Part shown: positions 10,462 through 20,517 of the stretch, piece by piece
Position numbering within the stretch: position 1 is the stretch's first letter
Layout: every line of letters starts with the position of its first letter
Assembly: GCF_900111905.1 (NCBI RefSeq)
Contig: NZ_FOKM01000019.1
Location: 57,172 to 121,171, forward strand
DNA: 64,000 nucleotides
Reading direction: 5' to 3'
From: Rhizobium sp. NFR07
GTDB taxonomy: Bacteria; Pseudomonadota; Alphaproteobacteria; Rhizobiales; Rhizobiaceae
Program-made: the position numbers and the translations under genes
Notes under the pieces: model-generated
Seen by the model: only the letters and a program-made list of their open reading frames with translations
What the model was told of the DNA's origin: nothing
The model's database searches: none

Positions 10462-11079
10462 CTATCCCTTTTTGCCTATCCTGCTTTCAGTTCCGGCAAT
10501 TAGCCGCTCGATATTGGCCTTGTGCTTCACCCAGGAAATCACCGTCATCAATGCCATGACGGCAGCGATTTTCGGTTCCTGGATGAACCACAGCACAGCC
10601 GGGATAACGAGCGTCGCGACGAGTGCCGAGAGCGATGAATATTTGCTGATCTTGGCGACTGAAAGCCAGACGGCTGCGAAGACGAGTACCATCCAGGGCG
10701 CAACACCGAGAAGGGTGCCGATATAGGTTGCGACACCCTTGCCGCCTTTGAAGCCGAGCCAGACCGGAAAGAGGTGACCGATGAACGCGGCAAAGCCCGC
10801 GAGCAGGCCGGCTTCCGATCCGAACGCATACCAGCCGATCAGCGCTGCGACTGTGGCCTTCAGCGCATCGAGCAACAGCGTCGCGGCGGCAAGCTTTTTA
10901 TTACCCGTCCTGAGAACGTTGGTGGCGCCGATATTTCCGGAACCGATCGAGCGGATATCGCCGAGACCGGCAGAACGTGTGAGCAACAGGCCGAAAGGGA
11001 TCGAGCCGAGAAGGTAGCCCAGGATCAGCGCCCCGGCTGCGATCGGCAGGGTGATCTGCCAGTTGAGTAGTTCGCTCAT
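10462..11079 (-). CDS. plsY: Glycerol-3-phosphate acyltransferase PlsY
   Basis: 205 aa membrane protein with PlsY signature ([23 protein letters not shown]). Confidence 0.9.
   Translation of the reverse strand: MSELLNWQITLPIAAGALILGYLLGSIPFGLLLTRSAGLGDIRSIGSGNIGATNVLRTGNKKLAAATLLLDALKATVAALIGWYAFGSEAGLLAGFAAFIGHLFPVWLGFKGGKGVATYIGTLLGVAPWMVLVFAAVWLSVAKISKYSSLSALVATLVIPAVLWFIQEPKIAAVMALMTVISWVKHKANIERLIAGTESRIGKKG
10489..10505. repeat. Direct repeat copy 2 (AGTTCCGGCAATTAGCC) inside the 3' end of plsY
   Basis: Matches 9443..9459; lies within the last codons of plsY (encodes LIAGT). Confidence 0.4.
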
Positions 11080-11159
11080 TCGTAGCCTCGGGTCCTTTGC
11101 CCCTCATCCGCCTGCTGTCCCCTCCCGACATGCGGGGAGAGGGGCATTCTACTATCGCG

Positions 11160-12449
11160 TCACCCGAGATTATGCACGCATTTCCCAGCTACATAAGTAG
11201 CAACGGCGCGGCCCGAGAAACGCGCTTCGTCGAACGGCGTGTTCTTGGAGCGAGAGACGATCGCGTCCTTCGAGACGATCCACGGATCGTCGAGATCGAT
11301 CAGGGTGATGTCTGCCTTGGCGCCCGGCTTCAGCGTGCCGGCATCGAGGCCGAAGATCTGCGCCGGCCTCGTCGACATCGCATCGATCAGGCGCATCAGC
11401 GGAACGCGGCCGTCGTGGTGCAGGCGCAGCGCCGCCGACAGCATGGTCTCCAGCCCGATGGCGCCATCTGCCGCATCGGCAAACGGCAGTCGCTTGGTAT
11501 CAACATCCTGCGGGTCATGTGACGAGACGATGATGTCGATGTCCCCCTTCGCCAGCGCATCGGCCATCGAAATCCGGTCGTCTTCGGATCTCAGCGGCGG
11601 CGAGAGCTTGAAGAAGGTGCGGTACTCGCCGATGTCGTTCTCGTTCAGCGACAGATGGTTGATCGAGATGCCGCTGGTCACGTTGGCGCCGCGCGAGCGC
11701 GCGACCTTCATCGCCTCGACCGATTCCGGCACCGAGATCTTGGCCGCGTGATACTTGCCCTTGGTGAGAGCGGCGATCCGCAGGTCGCGTTCGAGCGGGA
11801 TCAACTCGGCTTCCTTCGGCACGCCCGACAGGCCGAGCCAGGAGGCGAACAGGCCTTCGTTCATCACCCCGTTGCCGAGATATTTTTCGCGCAGTTCGAG
11901 CGAGATGACCGCATCGAATTCGCGCGCATAGGTCATCGCCCGGCGCAGCAGCAGCGTGTCGTTGAGGCCGTGGCGGCCGTTGGTAAAGGCAACCGCACCG
12001 GCTTCCTGCAACAGGCCGAACTCGGTCATCTCCTTGCCTTCCAGACCCTTAGTCAGGGCCGCGGCCGCGTGGACGTTCACGATCGCCTTGTCGCGCGCCG
12101 TCTTGTGGACGAATTCGACGAGCGCGATGTCGTCGATGACCGGATCGGTGTCCGGCATCATGATGAAGGAGGTGACGCCGCCGGCAGCTGCGGCGCGGCT
12201 GGCGGACTCGATCGTCTCGGTGTGCTCGGCGCCGGGTTCGCCGACATGGACGCGGGCGTCGACGAGGCCAGGCGTGGCGATGAGGCCCCGGCAGTCTCGT
12301 ACGGCGGAACCCTCGGGCGCGCCCTGGTTCTGCGCGTCCTTGCCTGCGGCGAGGATGCGGCCGTCATCGCCAATGATGATCGTGCCGGTTTCGTCGAGAT
12401 TGCGAGACGGATCGAGGATGCGCAGGTTCTTCAGGACGGTAGCGGTCAT
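11160..12449 (-). CDS. pyrC: Dihydroorotase homologue adjacent to pyrB (possibly non-catalytic PyrC'-like)
   Basis: 429-aa amidohydrolase-fold product; the expected DxHxHxR metal motif reads D-A-R-V-H-V-G (first His replaced by Arg, Arg replaced by Gly); 4-nt overlap with pyrB. Confidence 0.75.
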   Translation of the reverse strand: MTATVLKNLRILDPSRNLDETGTIIIGDDGRILAAGKDAQNQGAPEGSAVRDCRGLIATPGLVDARVHVGEPGAEHTETIESASRAAAAGGVTSFIMMPDTDPVIDDIALVEFVHKTARDKAIVNVHAAAALTKGLEGKEMTEFGLLQEAGAVAFTNGRHGLNDTLLLRRAMTYAREFDAVISLELREKYLGNGVMNEGLFASWLGLSGVPKEAELIPLERDLRIAALTKGKYHAAKISVPESVEAMKVARSRGANVTSGISINHLSLNENDIGEYRTFFKLSPPLRSEDDRISMADALAKGDIDIIVSSHDPQDVDTKRLPFADAADGAIGLETMLSAALRLHHDGRVPLMRLIDAMSTRPAQIFGLDAGTLKPGAKADITLIDLDDPWIVSKDAIVSRSKNTPFDEARFSGRAVATYVAGKCVHNLG

Positions 12450-13384
12450 GCAAACTCTCCCTGGTTGGAGGTAAGCAGCGTCTCCATCACGGCCATGCGC
12501 ACGGCGACCCCCATTTCCACCTGCTGCTCGATGACGCTCTGCGGACCATCGGCGACTTCCGAGGAAATCTCGACGCCGCGGTTCATCGGGCCGGGATGCA
12601 TGACGAGCGCATCGTCCTTGGCTGCCTTCAGCTTTTCGGCGTCGAGGCCGTAGAAGCGGAAATATTCGCGCACCGACGGCACGAAGGCGCCGGCCATGCG
12701 CTCGCGCTGCAGGCGCAGCATCATGACGACATCCGCATCCTTCAGGCCTTCTTCCATCGAATGAAACACCTCGACGCTCATGTCGCGGATGCCCGAGGGG
12801 AGAAGCGTGGAGGGAGCGACGACGCGAACCCGTGCGCCCATCGCATTGAGAAGAATGATGTTGGAACGCGCGACGCGCGAATGCAGCACATCGCCGCAGA
12901 TCGCCACCGTGATGCCCGTCAGCGTTCCCTTGGCGCGGCGGATGGTGAGTGCGTCGAGCAGCGCCTGGGTCGGATGCTCGTGCTGGCCGTCACCGGCATT
13001 GACCACCGAGCAGGCGACCTTCTGGGCGAGCAGGGCGGCCGCACCGGCAGACGAATGGCGCAGCACCAGCACATCCGGCCGCATCGCGTTCAGCGTCATC
13101 GCCGTGTCGATCAAGGTCTCGCCCTTCTTCACCGACGAATTGCCGACCGACATGTTCATCACGTCGGCGCCAAGCCGTTTTCCGGCGAGTTCGAAGGAGG
13201 ATTGCGTTCTGGTCGACGCCTCGAAGAAGAGGTTGATCTGTGTCAGGCCGCGCAGGGTGGACGTCTTTTTCTCCCGCTGCCGGGATATCTTCACGGCCTC
13301 GTCGGCCTTGTCGAGAAGATAGGTGATGTCCTGGTGGTTGAGACCCTTGATGCCGAGGAGGTGGCGGTGGGGAAAGAAGACCAT
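12446..13384 (-). CDS. pyrB: Aspartate carbamoyltransferase catalytic subunit
   Basis: STRTQSSFE and HPTQ motifs; likely start ATG 13384 with GGAGAC SD (ORF-track start 13513 is an extension). Confidence 0.9.
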   Translation of the reverse strand: MVFFPHRHLLGIKGLNHQDITYLLDKADEAVKISRQREKKTSTLRGLTQINLFFEASTRTQSSFELAGKRLGADVMNMSVGNSSVKKGETLIDTAMTLNAMRPDVLVLRHSSAGAAALLAQKVACSVVNAGDGQHEHPTQALLDALTIRRAKGTLTGITVAICGDVLHSRVARSNIILLNAMGARVRVVAPSTLLPSGIRDMSVEVFHSMEEGLKDADVVMMLRLQRERMAGAFVPSVREYFRFYGLDAEKLKAAKDDALVMHPGPMNRGVEISSEVADGPQSVIEQQVEMGVAVRMAVMETLLTSNQGEFA

Positions 13385-13726
13385 AAGGCGTGTCTCCGCT
13401 TGCGTTCGGCGGTCTATACGTTTTGGGGGGGCAGGCTGCAAGCCGTGGCAGATTTTATCTACGGCTTGTTGATCCAGTCCGGCTCCGTTGGCATCTCGAC
13501 TTTTGGATATCACAGCACAAGGCCGTCATCCTCGTCCCCGGTTAAAGACTGAAGCTGTGTATGTTTCAGCCTTTGTTCCCTGCGCCTAGGGAGTACCCCC
13601 ACCGAAAACACCGCGGGCAAGCACGATGCTAGCCGGATGTTTTGGGATACGTCGTTCGTTGGCCATGATCGAAAATCGGTGTGCTAAGGAGTATATAGAA
13701 ACGGTGTATTTCTATAGGAGCGTGCT

Positions 13727-14083
13727 GTGTCTTCTACTGTCTCTGCGAACGTTGATGGGAAGATGGCCACCAAATTAAAAATGGTGGCCTCGATAGAGAA
13801 CAGGTCCGTGTCGAATGCCGTTTCCAGCGCTATTACAGTTTTTGTTGGGCTTCCAAAGGGTGTCCGCGATTTCTTGCTTGAGCTGAACGCACAGGATGAT
13901 CAAGACACCATCGTAAGGCTTGGCCGCGAAATGATGGCGGCGGCAGCGCGGGTCCGCCTTGAGAAGGCAACGATCGACCTTTCTTCGGAGCATCGATTCG
14001 GAGGGTCATCAGGCCCGTCAAACGAGATCGACATCTTAGAAGAAGCGACGGCACTAACACGTGCCTCTGCGACCGCGAAGTAA
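13727..14083 (+). CDS. Putative ribbon-helix-helix antitoxin-like protein (118 aa) upstream of PIN gene
   Basis: N-terminal segment ATKLKMVASIENRSVSNAVSSAI resembles CopG/Arc RHH helix B (RS.SE.IREAI); stop TAA is 1 nt before the PIN gene ATG; region looks lower-GC by eye. Confidence 0.4.
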   Translation: MSSTVSANVDGKMATKLKMVASIENRSVSNAVSSAITVFVGLPKGVRDFLLELNAQDDQDTIVRLGREMMAAAARVRLEKATIDLSSEHRFGGSSGPSNEIDILEEATALTRASATAK

Positions 14084-14084
14084 G

Positions 14085-14702
14085 ATGGATCGTCCTGTCC
14101 GAGTGCTGCTCGACGTGAATATCTTCGTCGGCAACATAATCGCGTACGACCGTGGTCATCGAGGAACTGCGACGCAGACCTTGCTGTCTATGGTGAGCAG
14201 CCAGAAGTGGGGTCTAGCTGATAAAGCACAACTAGTTATTTCGTTCGAGATGATCGAAACGCTTGAGGCGGTACTGCGCCGACGGCAATTTGCCGAGAAC
14301 CGCATCAAGGCATATACCGGATCGATCATCGACATGATGAAATATGGGCCAGAGGCGCTCGATCCGTACCTCATCTTGGGCGGGGAAGAACGTCTAGCCA
14401 CGTCTGACGCAGAGGACGCAGGTGTGCTGGCTACGGCCATTGGAGCTGGAGCGGATATACTGGTTACGGATAATCTGAAAGATTTCGCGACCAAGGACGC
14501 CTCGATCCTCGATACCCAAGTCGTGACATCCGCTTTTTCGGGGCAGCGAACTCTCCAGGCTCTCAGATATGAGATCGGTCGTACGGATCTCATCTTTGCG
14601 CATCCGTTCGATGTAAAGCTGTGGATGCGTTTGGGACACGACTTTATGCCGGCCAATCTCTGGAACGCCATTCAGAGATCTGGAAACCAGCTTCGCCGCT
14701 GA
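14085..14702 (+). CDS. PIN-domain nuclease (VapC-like toxin with ~75-aa C-terminal extension)
   Basis: Acidic PIN residues in expected order: LLDVNIF (Asp), SFEMIETL (Glu), SDAEDAG (Asp), ILVTDNLKDF (VapC-like TxD/NxxDF motif). Confidence 0.65.
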   Translation: MDRPVRVLLDVNIFVGNIIAYDRGHRGTATQTLLSMVSSQKWGLADKAQLVISFEMIETLEAVLRRRQFAENRIKAYTGSIIDMMKYGPEALDPYLILGGEERLATSDAEDAGVLATAIGAGADILVTDNLKDFATKDASILDTQVVTSAFSGQRTLQALRYEIGRTDLIFAHPFDVKLWMRLGHDFMPANLWNAIQRSGNQLRR

Positions 14703-15197
14703 GGGCGCAACGCTTCCTTACATTCGCAACCTTGTTGGCATTTACTTCCTGATTTCCAATTTTTATCTCGTTGGATTATCCTCGATAGAAGTAGGCTTAT
14801 GCCCCTAGAAAGCGGTCGTCCACGGCGTGGAGCCGCTTTGCTTGTGGAGATGGCTCGAACAAAGGAAGTTGCTACCGTCAATGGACGGCTGTCACGCGTA
14901 GATCGTTCCCCAAACGCCACAAGAGCCTTCGTCCGACGTGAGTATCCGCGCCATATTGCACCCCAGACAAACCGGAAGCACTTGGCAGAGCAAAATGCGT
15001 TGAAGATCTTTCCGACAGTTTTGACGGGTTCGCTCCCATCCAGCATACGCAAAAGCCGCGACTTCGAGCCCTGATTCTTCACCAAGTTCGCAACAGCTAT
15101 ACATCTGCCTCCCCGAGCCTGCGGCCTTTTGTTGAGAAGAACGATTTGCCGTCGCAGAGCCGTTTCCACTATGAACAAGTTCCGCTAGAACCGGGGC

Positions 15198-16850
15198 ATG
15201 AACGACATGTCCCGCGCCGAAGAAAAATTTGCCGAACTGAACCAGCCTGCGCCCTGGTCCGGCATCAATGCCTATCGCTCCGATCCGCTACTGGTCGATC
15301 TGACCGCTGGCCTCAATCGGTCGATCCGCGAGGAATATGATCAGCTCGGACGCTATGTGACCTCGCCGGAAGCGCAGGAACTGGCGCGTATGGCGAATGA
15401 AAATCCGCCGAAGTTGAAGACCCATGGTCCGCGCGGCGAGCGCATGGATATCACCGAATTCCATCCGGCCTGGCACGCGCTGATGCGCCGCTCGATGCAG
15501 AGCGGCCTGCATTCGTCGATCTGGGAGAGCGTGCCGGATGCCAAGGGCAGCGAACACAAGGTGCGTGCAACGCGTTTCTACCTGACGGCGCAGCTCGAAT
15601 GCGGGCATCTGTGCCCGCTCACCATGACCAGCGCTTCCGTCGCCGCCCTAATGGCCTCGCCGCGGGTTCAGAAGGAATGGGCGCCGAAAATCCTGTCGCG
15701 CAAATACGATTCGACCAATCGTCCGGCGATGCAGAAATCGGCTATCACGCTCGGCATGGGCATGACCGAAAAGCAGGGCGGCACGGACGTACGCGCCAAC
15801 CGCTCGACGGCGGAGCGGGTGGGTGAGGGGATCTACCGTCTCTCTGGCCACAAATGGTTCATGTCCGCTCCGATGAGCGACGGCTTCATCATGCTGGCCA
15901 AGACGAGTGATGGCATCGGCTGCTTCCTCGTGCCTCGTCTTCTGGAGGACGGTTCGGCGAACGGCCTGCAGTTCCAGCGCCTGAAGGACAAGGTCGGCAA
16001 CCGCTCGAATGCCTCGTCCGAAGTCGAGTTCACCGATGCGTTCGGCTATCTGCTCGGCGAATCCGGCGCCGGCATTCGCACCATCCTCGATATGGTGACA
16101 CTGACGCGGCTCGACTGCGCGCTTGCATCTGCCGGCATCATGCGCGCCTCGCTGGCGGAAGCCGTCCATCATACGCGCGGCCGCAGCGTGTTCGGCAAGA
16201 AGCTCGTCGACCAGCCGCTGATGACCCGCGTTCTGGCCGACATGGCGCTGGATGTCGCCGCTGCGACGGCACTGAGCTTCCGCCTAGCCGAGGCCTTCGA
16301 CCGTGCTGCGAGCAACCCGGCCGACGCGGCCTTTGCCCGCGTCATGACGCCGGTGATCAAATATTGGAATTGCAAGCTCGCCCCATCGCTGATCTACGAG
16401 GCAATGGAGTGCCTTGGCGGCAATGGCTATATCGAGGAGCGGCCGATCGCCCGCCACTATCGCGAGGCCCCGGTCAACGCGATCTGGGAAGGCTCCGGCA
16501 ATGTCATGGCGCTGGATGTCCTGCGTGTCCTGTCGCGCGGCCGCGATCTGTTCGAGATCGTGCTCTCCGGCTTCGAGCGGGACCTCGGCTCATCCGGCCG
16601 CAAGACGGTCGAGGTACTCAGGGCGGCCATGGCACTCTGCGAACGGGATGAGGGGGCGGCGCGCCTGCTCGTGGAACAGCTGGCGCTGGCCGCCGGTGCC
16701 GCCGAATTGGCAAGGCTTGGTGCCGGCAAGATCGCCGACGCCTATCTGGAAACGCGTCTCGCCGGCGGCTGGCGCTCGACCTACGGCATGCTCGATTCCC
16801 GCTTCGACGCCAGCTACATCGTCGATCTGCTTTATCCGCCGGCCACATAG
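15198..16850 (+). CDS. aidB: AidB-like acyl-CoA dehydrogenase family protein
   Basis: 550 aa; acyl-CoA dehydrogenase fold with long N-terminal AidB-type domain. Confidence 0.75.
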   Translation: MNDMSRAEEKFAELNQPAPWSGINAYRSDPLLVDLTAGLNRSIREEYDQLGRYVTSPEAQELARMANENPPKLKTHGPRGERMDITEFHPAWHALMRRSMQSGLHSSIWESVPDAKGSEHKVRATRFYLTAQLECGHLCPLTMTSASVAALMASPRVQKEWAPKILSRKYDSTNRPAMQKSAITLGMGMTEKQGGTDVRANRSTAERVGEGIYRLSGHKWFMSAPMSDGFIMLAKTSDGIGCFLVPRLLEDGSANGLQFQRLKDKVGNRSNASSEVEFTDAFGYLLGESGAGIRTILDMVTLTRLDCALASAGIMRASLAEAVHHTRGRSVFGKKLVDQPLMTRVLADMALDVAAATALSFRLAEAFDRAASNPADAAFARVMTPVIKYWNCKLAPSLIYEAMECLGGNGYIEERPIARHYREAPVNAIWEGSGNVMALDVLRVLSRGRDLFEIVLSGFERDLGSSGRKTVEVLRAAMALCERDEGAARLLVEQLALAAGAAELARLGAGKIADAYLETRLAGGWRSTYGMLDSRFDASYIVDLLYPPAT

Positions 16851-17767
16851 GCGGCGAGCGTCATCACAACGGGTATGCTGAAGAACGACACCGCGACCTG
16901 AAGCGTCGCGGCGGCCGCGTAGAATTCCGCGTCGCCGTTCATCTGTTTGGCGAGCAGGTAGCCGTTCATGGCCGTCGGTACAGCGGCGCAGAGCGCCAGC
17001 ATGACGATGCCTTCGCCCGTGATGCCGAGCGCGAAACCAATGAGGACGCCGACGATCGGGAAGGCGAAGAGCTTCAGAACTACGGCGAGTATTACGAGCG
17101 GCCTGGGTTTCAAGGCGTCCATGACCCTTAGCCCGGCACCGACGGTCAGAAGCCCGAGACTGAGCGATGCCTGCGACAGCAGATCAATCGTCTGCAGGAC
17201 TGGCGCATAAAGCGGAATGCTCGCGAGATTGACCAGGATGCCGAGAGCGGTCGACAGGATCAGCGGATTGGTGACGATCTTGTAGGCGAGCGCCCGGTAA
17301 CTCCACTCGCGGCCGGAAAACCACAGCAGGACGGCGACGCTGATCAGGTTGAGCGGGATGATGATGGCCGCCATCACCAGTCCGACCATCGTCAGCCCGG
17401 GCGTGCCTGATGTCTTGGCGGCGATCGCCAGCGCCACGAACCCGTTCCAGCGTGTCGTGGTCTGGAACAGCGACGTATAGGCCGGCGGCTTGACGCCGAT
17501 GCGTTTCAACAGCGGCCAGATCACGAGCACGCCGATGGACATGGCGATGACGGCAAGGATGGCAGCGAAGCTGACCGTGACATTCTGTGTGTTGGAGAAA
17601 TCCGCTTCCACCATCGTCAGGAACAGCAGCGCCGGAAACAGCACGAAATAGCTGCATTGTTCGAGCCCGTCCCAGAAGGACGGGTTGATCACCGGGGCGC
17701 GTTTCAGCGCGATACCGAGCAGGACGAGCAGGAAGATCGGGAGGATGCTTTGGAAGACGAGGAGCAT
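16832..17767 (-). CDS. AEC (auxin efflux carrier) family transporter
   Basis: 311 aa, ~10 TM segments, N-terminus MLLVFQSILPIFLLVLLG typical of the AEC/MdcF family. Confidence 0.75.
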   Translation of the reverse strand: MLLVFQSILPIFLLVLLGIALKRAPVINPSFWDGLEQCSYFVLFPALLFLTMVEADFSNTQNVTVSFAAILAVIAMSIGVLVIWPLLKRIGVKPPAYTSLFQTTTRWNGFVALAIAAKTSGTPGLTMVGLVMAAIIIPLNLISVAVLLWFSGREWSYRALAYKIVTNPLILSTALGILVNLASIPLYAPVLQTIDLLSQASLSLGLLTVGAGLRVMDALKPRPLVILAVVLKLFAFPIVGVLIGFALGITGEGIVMLALCAAVPTAMNGYLLAKQMNGDAEFYAAAATLQVAVSFFSIPVVMTLAAYVAGG

Positions 17768-17916
17768 AAAGACAGTTTCACATCAGTCCTCCCATCTTCC
17801 TTTTGCAGTGGCCTGATTTCAAAAGCAACGCTGTTTTGGAATTTGGCTTATCCTGTGCATGGTTTCCCAATCGACTTGCCGGGCTCCACTCTGCGCTTTA
17901 TCGCCTCTTCTAAGGT

Positions 17917-18582
17917 TTGTTAGGAAACGGGCGGACGATGCTGCAGGTCCTCGATATGACGGCGCAACAGAACCAGGCGATGAGGCCGCGCAACCGCGCC
18001 GGCACCGAACGCGCCATTTTTCTCGCCGCCCGGGCACTTCTCGCCGAACAGGGTTTCCAGGGCTTCGGCATCAATGCCGTGGCGCGCCGTGCCGGCTGCG
18101 ACAAGCAGCTGATCTACCGCTATTACGGCGGCCTTGACGGCCTGATCGATGCGATCGGTGAAGAACTCGGCAGTTGGGTGAAAGATAAAATCCCTCAGGA
18201 TACCGGCGGCATGTTCATCCTCACCTATGGCGACCTGATGGAAAAGCTCTCCATGTATTTTATGGAAGCGCTAAGGGACGATCCGCTGGTTTGCAAGATC
18301 GTTGCCTGGGAAGTCTCGCAGGATACGCCGCAGGTCCGCCGTCTGTCGGAATCGCGCATGAAGGCGCTCGGCAAGTGGCTGGAAAAGATGCAGGGCTCGC
18401 TGAAGCCGCCGAAGGGCGTCGATACCGCCACCACCAATGCGCTGCTTTTCGCATCGATCCAGCACATGGTGATTTCCGCCGCCGTCAGTGAACAGTTCGC
18501 CGGCATTCCGTTGAAGACGGAAAAGGACTGGGAAAAGGTTGCCGCCGCCGTGCGCCGCCTGGTTCGCGCCATCTACGGATGA
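17917..18582 (+). CDS. TetR/AcrR family transcriptional regulator
   Basis: N-terminal HTH (GFQGFGINAVARRAGCDKQLIYRYYGG). Confidence 0.8.
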   Translation: MLGNGRTMLQVLDMTAQQNQAMRPRNRAGTERAIFLAARALLAEQGFQGFGINAVARRAGCDKQLIYRYYGGLDGLIDAIGEELGSWVKDKIPQDTGGMFILTYGDLMEKLSMYFMEALRDDPLVCKIVAWEVSQDTPQVRRLSESRMKALGKWLEKMQGSLKPPKGVDTATTNALLFASIQHMVISAAVSEQFAGIPLKTEKDWEKVAAAVRRLVRAIYG

Positions 18583-19476
18583 TCTATCGCTCTGAAACGG
18601 GGGCAATCTGTTCGTGCGCGATCTTCCTCGGCTATCGGTCGACACTGATCTGATCGATCTGCCGCCTGAACCGCTCGTCGCTATCAACGAGGCGATGAAG
18701 CGCCTGGCAGGCGAGGCAGGCGCGTAGATGAATCCAAGGTGCGCCGAGTCCTATCTCGTTGGTGACGTCAATCAAATTATCGCTTACACCAGTGTGCGAC
18801 GGCCCAAGCAACGCGCTCAGCCAAGCGCCTTTCCGAGCGCCATATGAGGCCTCGGCCCCAGGTATCGGGTGCTGAATTGCCGATAGAGAAAATGTCGCTG
18901 AGCCCTCTTGGTCGGTGTCTAATGAGTAGCAACAAGCAGCGAATGTTCCAACATGCCGCTCTTAGATAACAATCTGACTTAGACAAACCAGCGGTTCATT
19001 CTTAGCGCAGTGGTGCACAACCGAAACTTATCGCTCAAAATCGAGACCTAGAAAGCGGTGCGTGGCTACTAGCGCACCCTTTCAGCCCTTGTTCATATCA
19101 TGGATTACCCAACGAAAGAACAAAACCACTGCCGTTGCGATAAGGGCAAGTGAAATCAAACCGGAAAAATCGATCATCGCTTCTCTCAAGTTTTACAACT
19201 ACGTCATGTAGCTGGGTTTGGAGATAGCGCCTGAATATTAAAATCTCAGTAATGGGATTAGCGCACCTGTCCGATGTTACTGCTTGTGCTCCCTACTGCG
19301 TCTCGGTGACGCTCTAAACCAAACCGCACTTTTGCCGTCGGGGTTATCAAAATGCTAATATTCGGCGCCTAAATTTACCAATCATTAACCATGATCGTGA
19401 GTAGGTAGACTTAGTTTTTTTCGTGCGTCGTCGCTCAACGGCATTTGACGTTGCGGACCCCGGTTAGGATTGTGTC

Positions 19477-20466
19477 GTGGCAACTGGTCACCAAATGGGA
19501 TGGATCGTTTTGCTGATCGCTACCGCAGCAGCGGTGTCCGGATGCGGCACGACTGGATCGATCAAGCAGTCGGGTGAATCTGAGCTCGTCGATCTCGAGA
19601 AAGCAATGGTGATGCCGCCGCCTGGTGGTCCCGCAATTGTAGGTGTCGTGCAGAAAAGTTACAGGAACGGTCTCGAGCAAACGCTTTCGCTTGCAACTTC
19701 GTCAAGCGTCCCAGGCCAGAACTATATGAAGGTCGCCATTATTGGCGGACGTGGAGAGGGAAGTTCGAAGCTATCCTACAGGCCGCTTCGAGCAGGCGCG
19801 CTGCAGCAAGAGATTGTCAGGGCTGCACCTGGTGTCCGTCTGTCTCGTTCACCAATTTTTCTGCAAAATTCTTACGGTCCTTTCGGGTATGCATTTGGCC
19901 ACGGTCGCAGCGGCGATGCTTGTCTTTATGGTTGGCAGCAAATCCGGTCTGGGAGTCAAAATCGCGGCACACCGACTGATCTCGGTATGATTCAGGTTAG
20001 GCTTAGGCTTTGCGACCGCCGTGCGACCGACGAGGAACTGCTGAGTGTGCTTTACGGCTACACTATCACTGGGAGTTTTGACGGCCAGCTGTGGAACCCG
20101 TTCGGTCGTCCTACGGCGATCGATTCGCGAATCGGGAAGTCGGGTCAGCCCATCTATCCATCGAGCGCCAGAGACGAAAAGGATTTCACCTTTAGCTATT
20201 CTGCGGGTCAAGCGTTGAACCCCGTACCTCGGTCTGGGCGCGCATCTGTCCCTCAGGAGGTTCGTGTGTCCGCGCCGACTGCACTAGACGTTCCAGCAGT
20301 TTCCAATCGTCCGCTAGTCCCTTTGCCTGGCAGCGCCGCGTCAGCGAGTGTCGCCTCGGACGTAAGCGAAACGCGCCAAAATGGATCGAGCACGGAAGCT
20401 TTATCCGGGACTGTTCCTTCACCAGACTGTCTAGGTGCACTGGCACCGGCGGCAAGCTGCAAGTAA
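19477..20466 (+). CDS. Lipoprotein, tentatively BcsN-like first gene of the cellulose synthase operon
   Basis: Signal peptide with lipobox AVSGC; immediately upstream of and co-oriented with bcsA; position matches alphaproteobacterial Type-III bcs operons. Confidence 0.45.
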   Translation: MATGHQMGWIVLLIATAAAVSGCGTTGSIKQSGESELVDLEKAMVMPPPGGPAIVGVVQKSYRNGLEQTLSLATSSSVPGQNYMKVAIIGGRGEGSSKLSYRPLRAGALQQEIVRAAPGVRLSRSPIFLQNSYGPFGYAFGHGRSGDACLYGWQQIRSGSQNRGTPTDLGMIQVRLRLCDRRATDEELLSVLYGYTITGSFDGQLWNPFGRPTAIDSRIGKSGQPIYPSSARDEKDFTFSYSAGQALNPVPRSGRASVPQEVRVSAPTALDVPAVSNRPLVPLPGSAASASVASDVSETRQNGSSTEALSGTVPSPDCLGALAPAASCK

Positions 20467-20517
20467 TGATGACAAGAGGCTGTTACCTCGCGGACCGCGT
20501 TCACCTAAGGAAAATAG

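Noticed and set aside
14672-15178. 168-aa minus-strand ORF between the PIN gene and aidB
   Set aside because: No SD and no family resemblance; overlaps the PIN gene end. The region contains an imperfect palindrome (AAGCGG..TCCACG G CGTGGA..CCGCTT) more likely to be a terminator or REP-like element.
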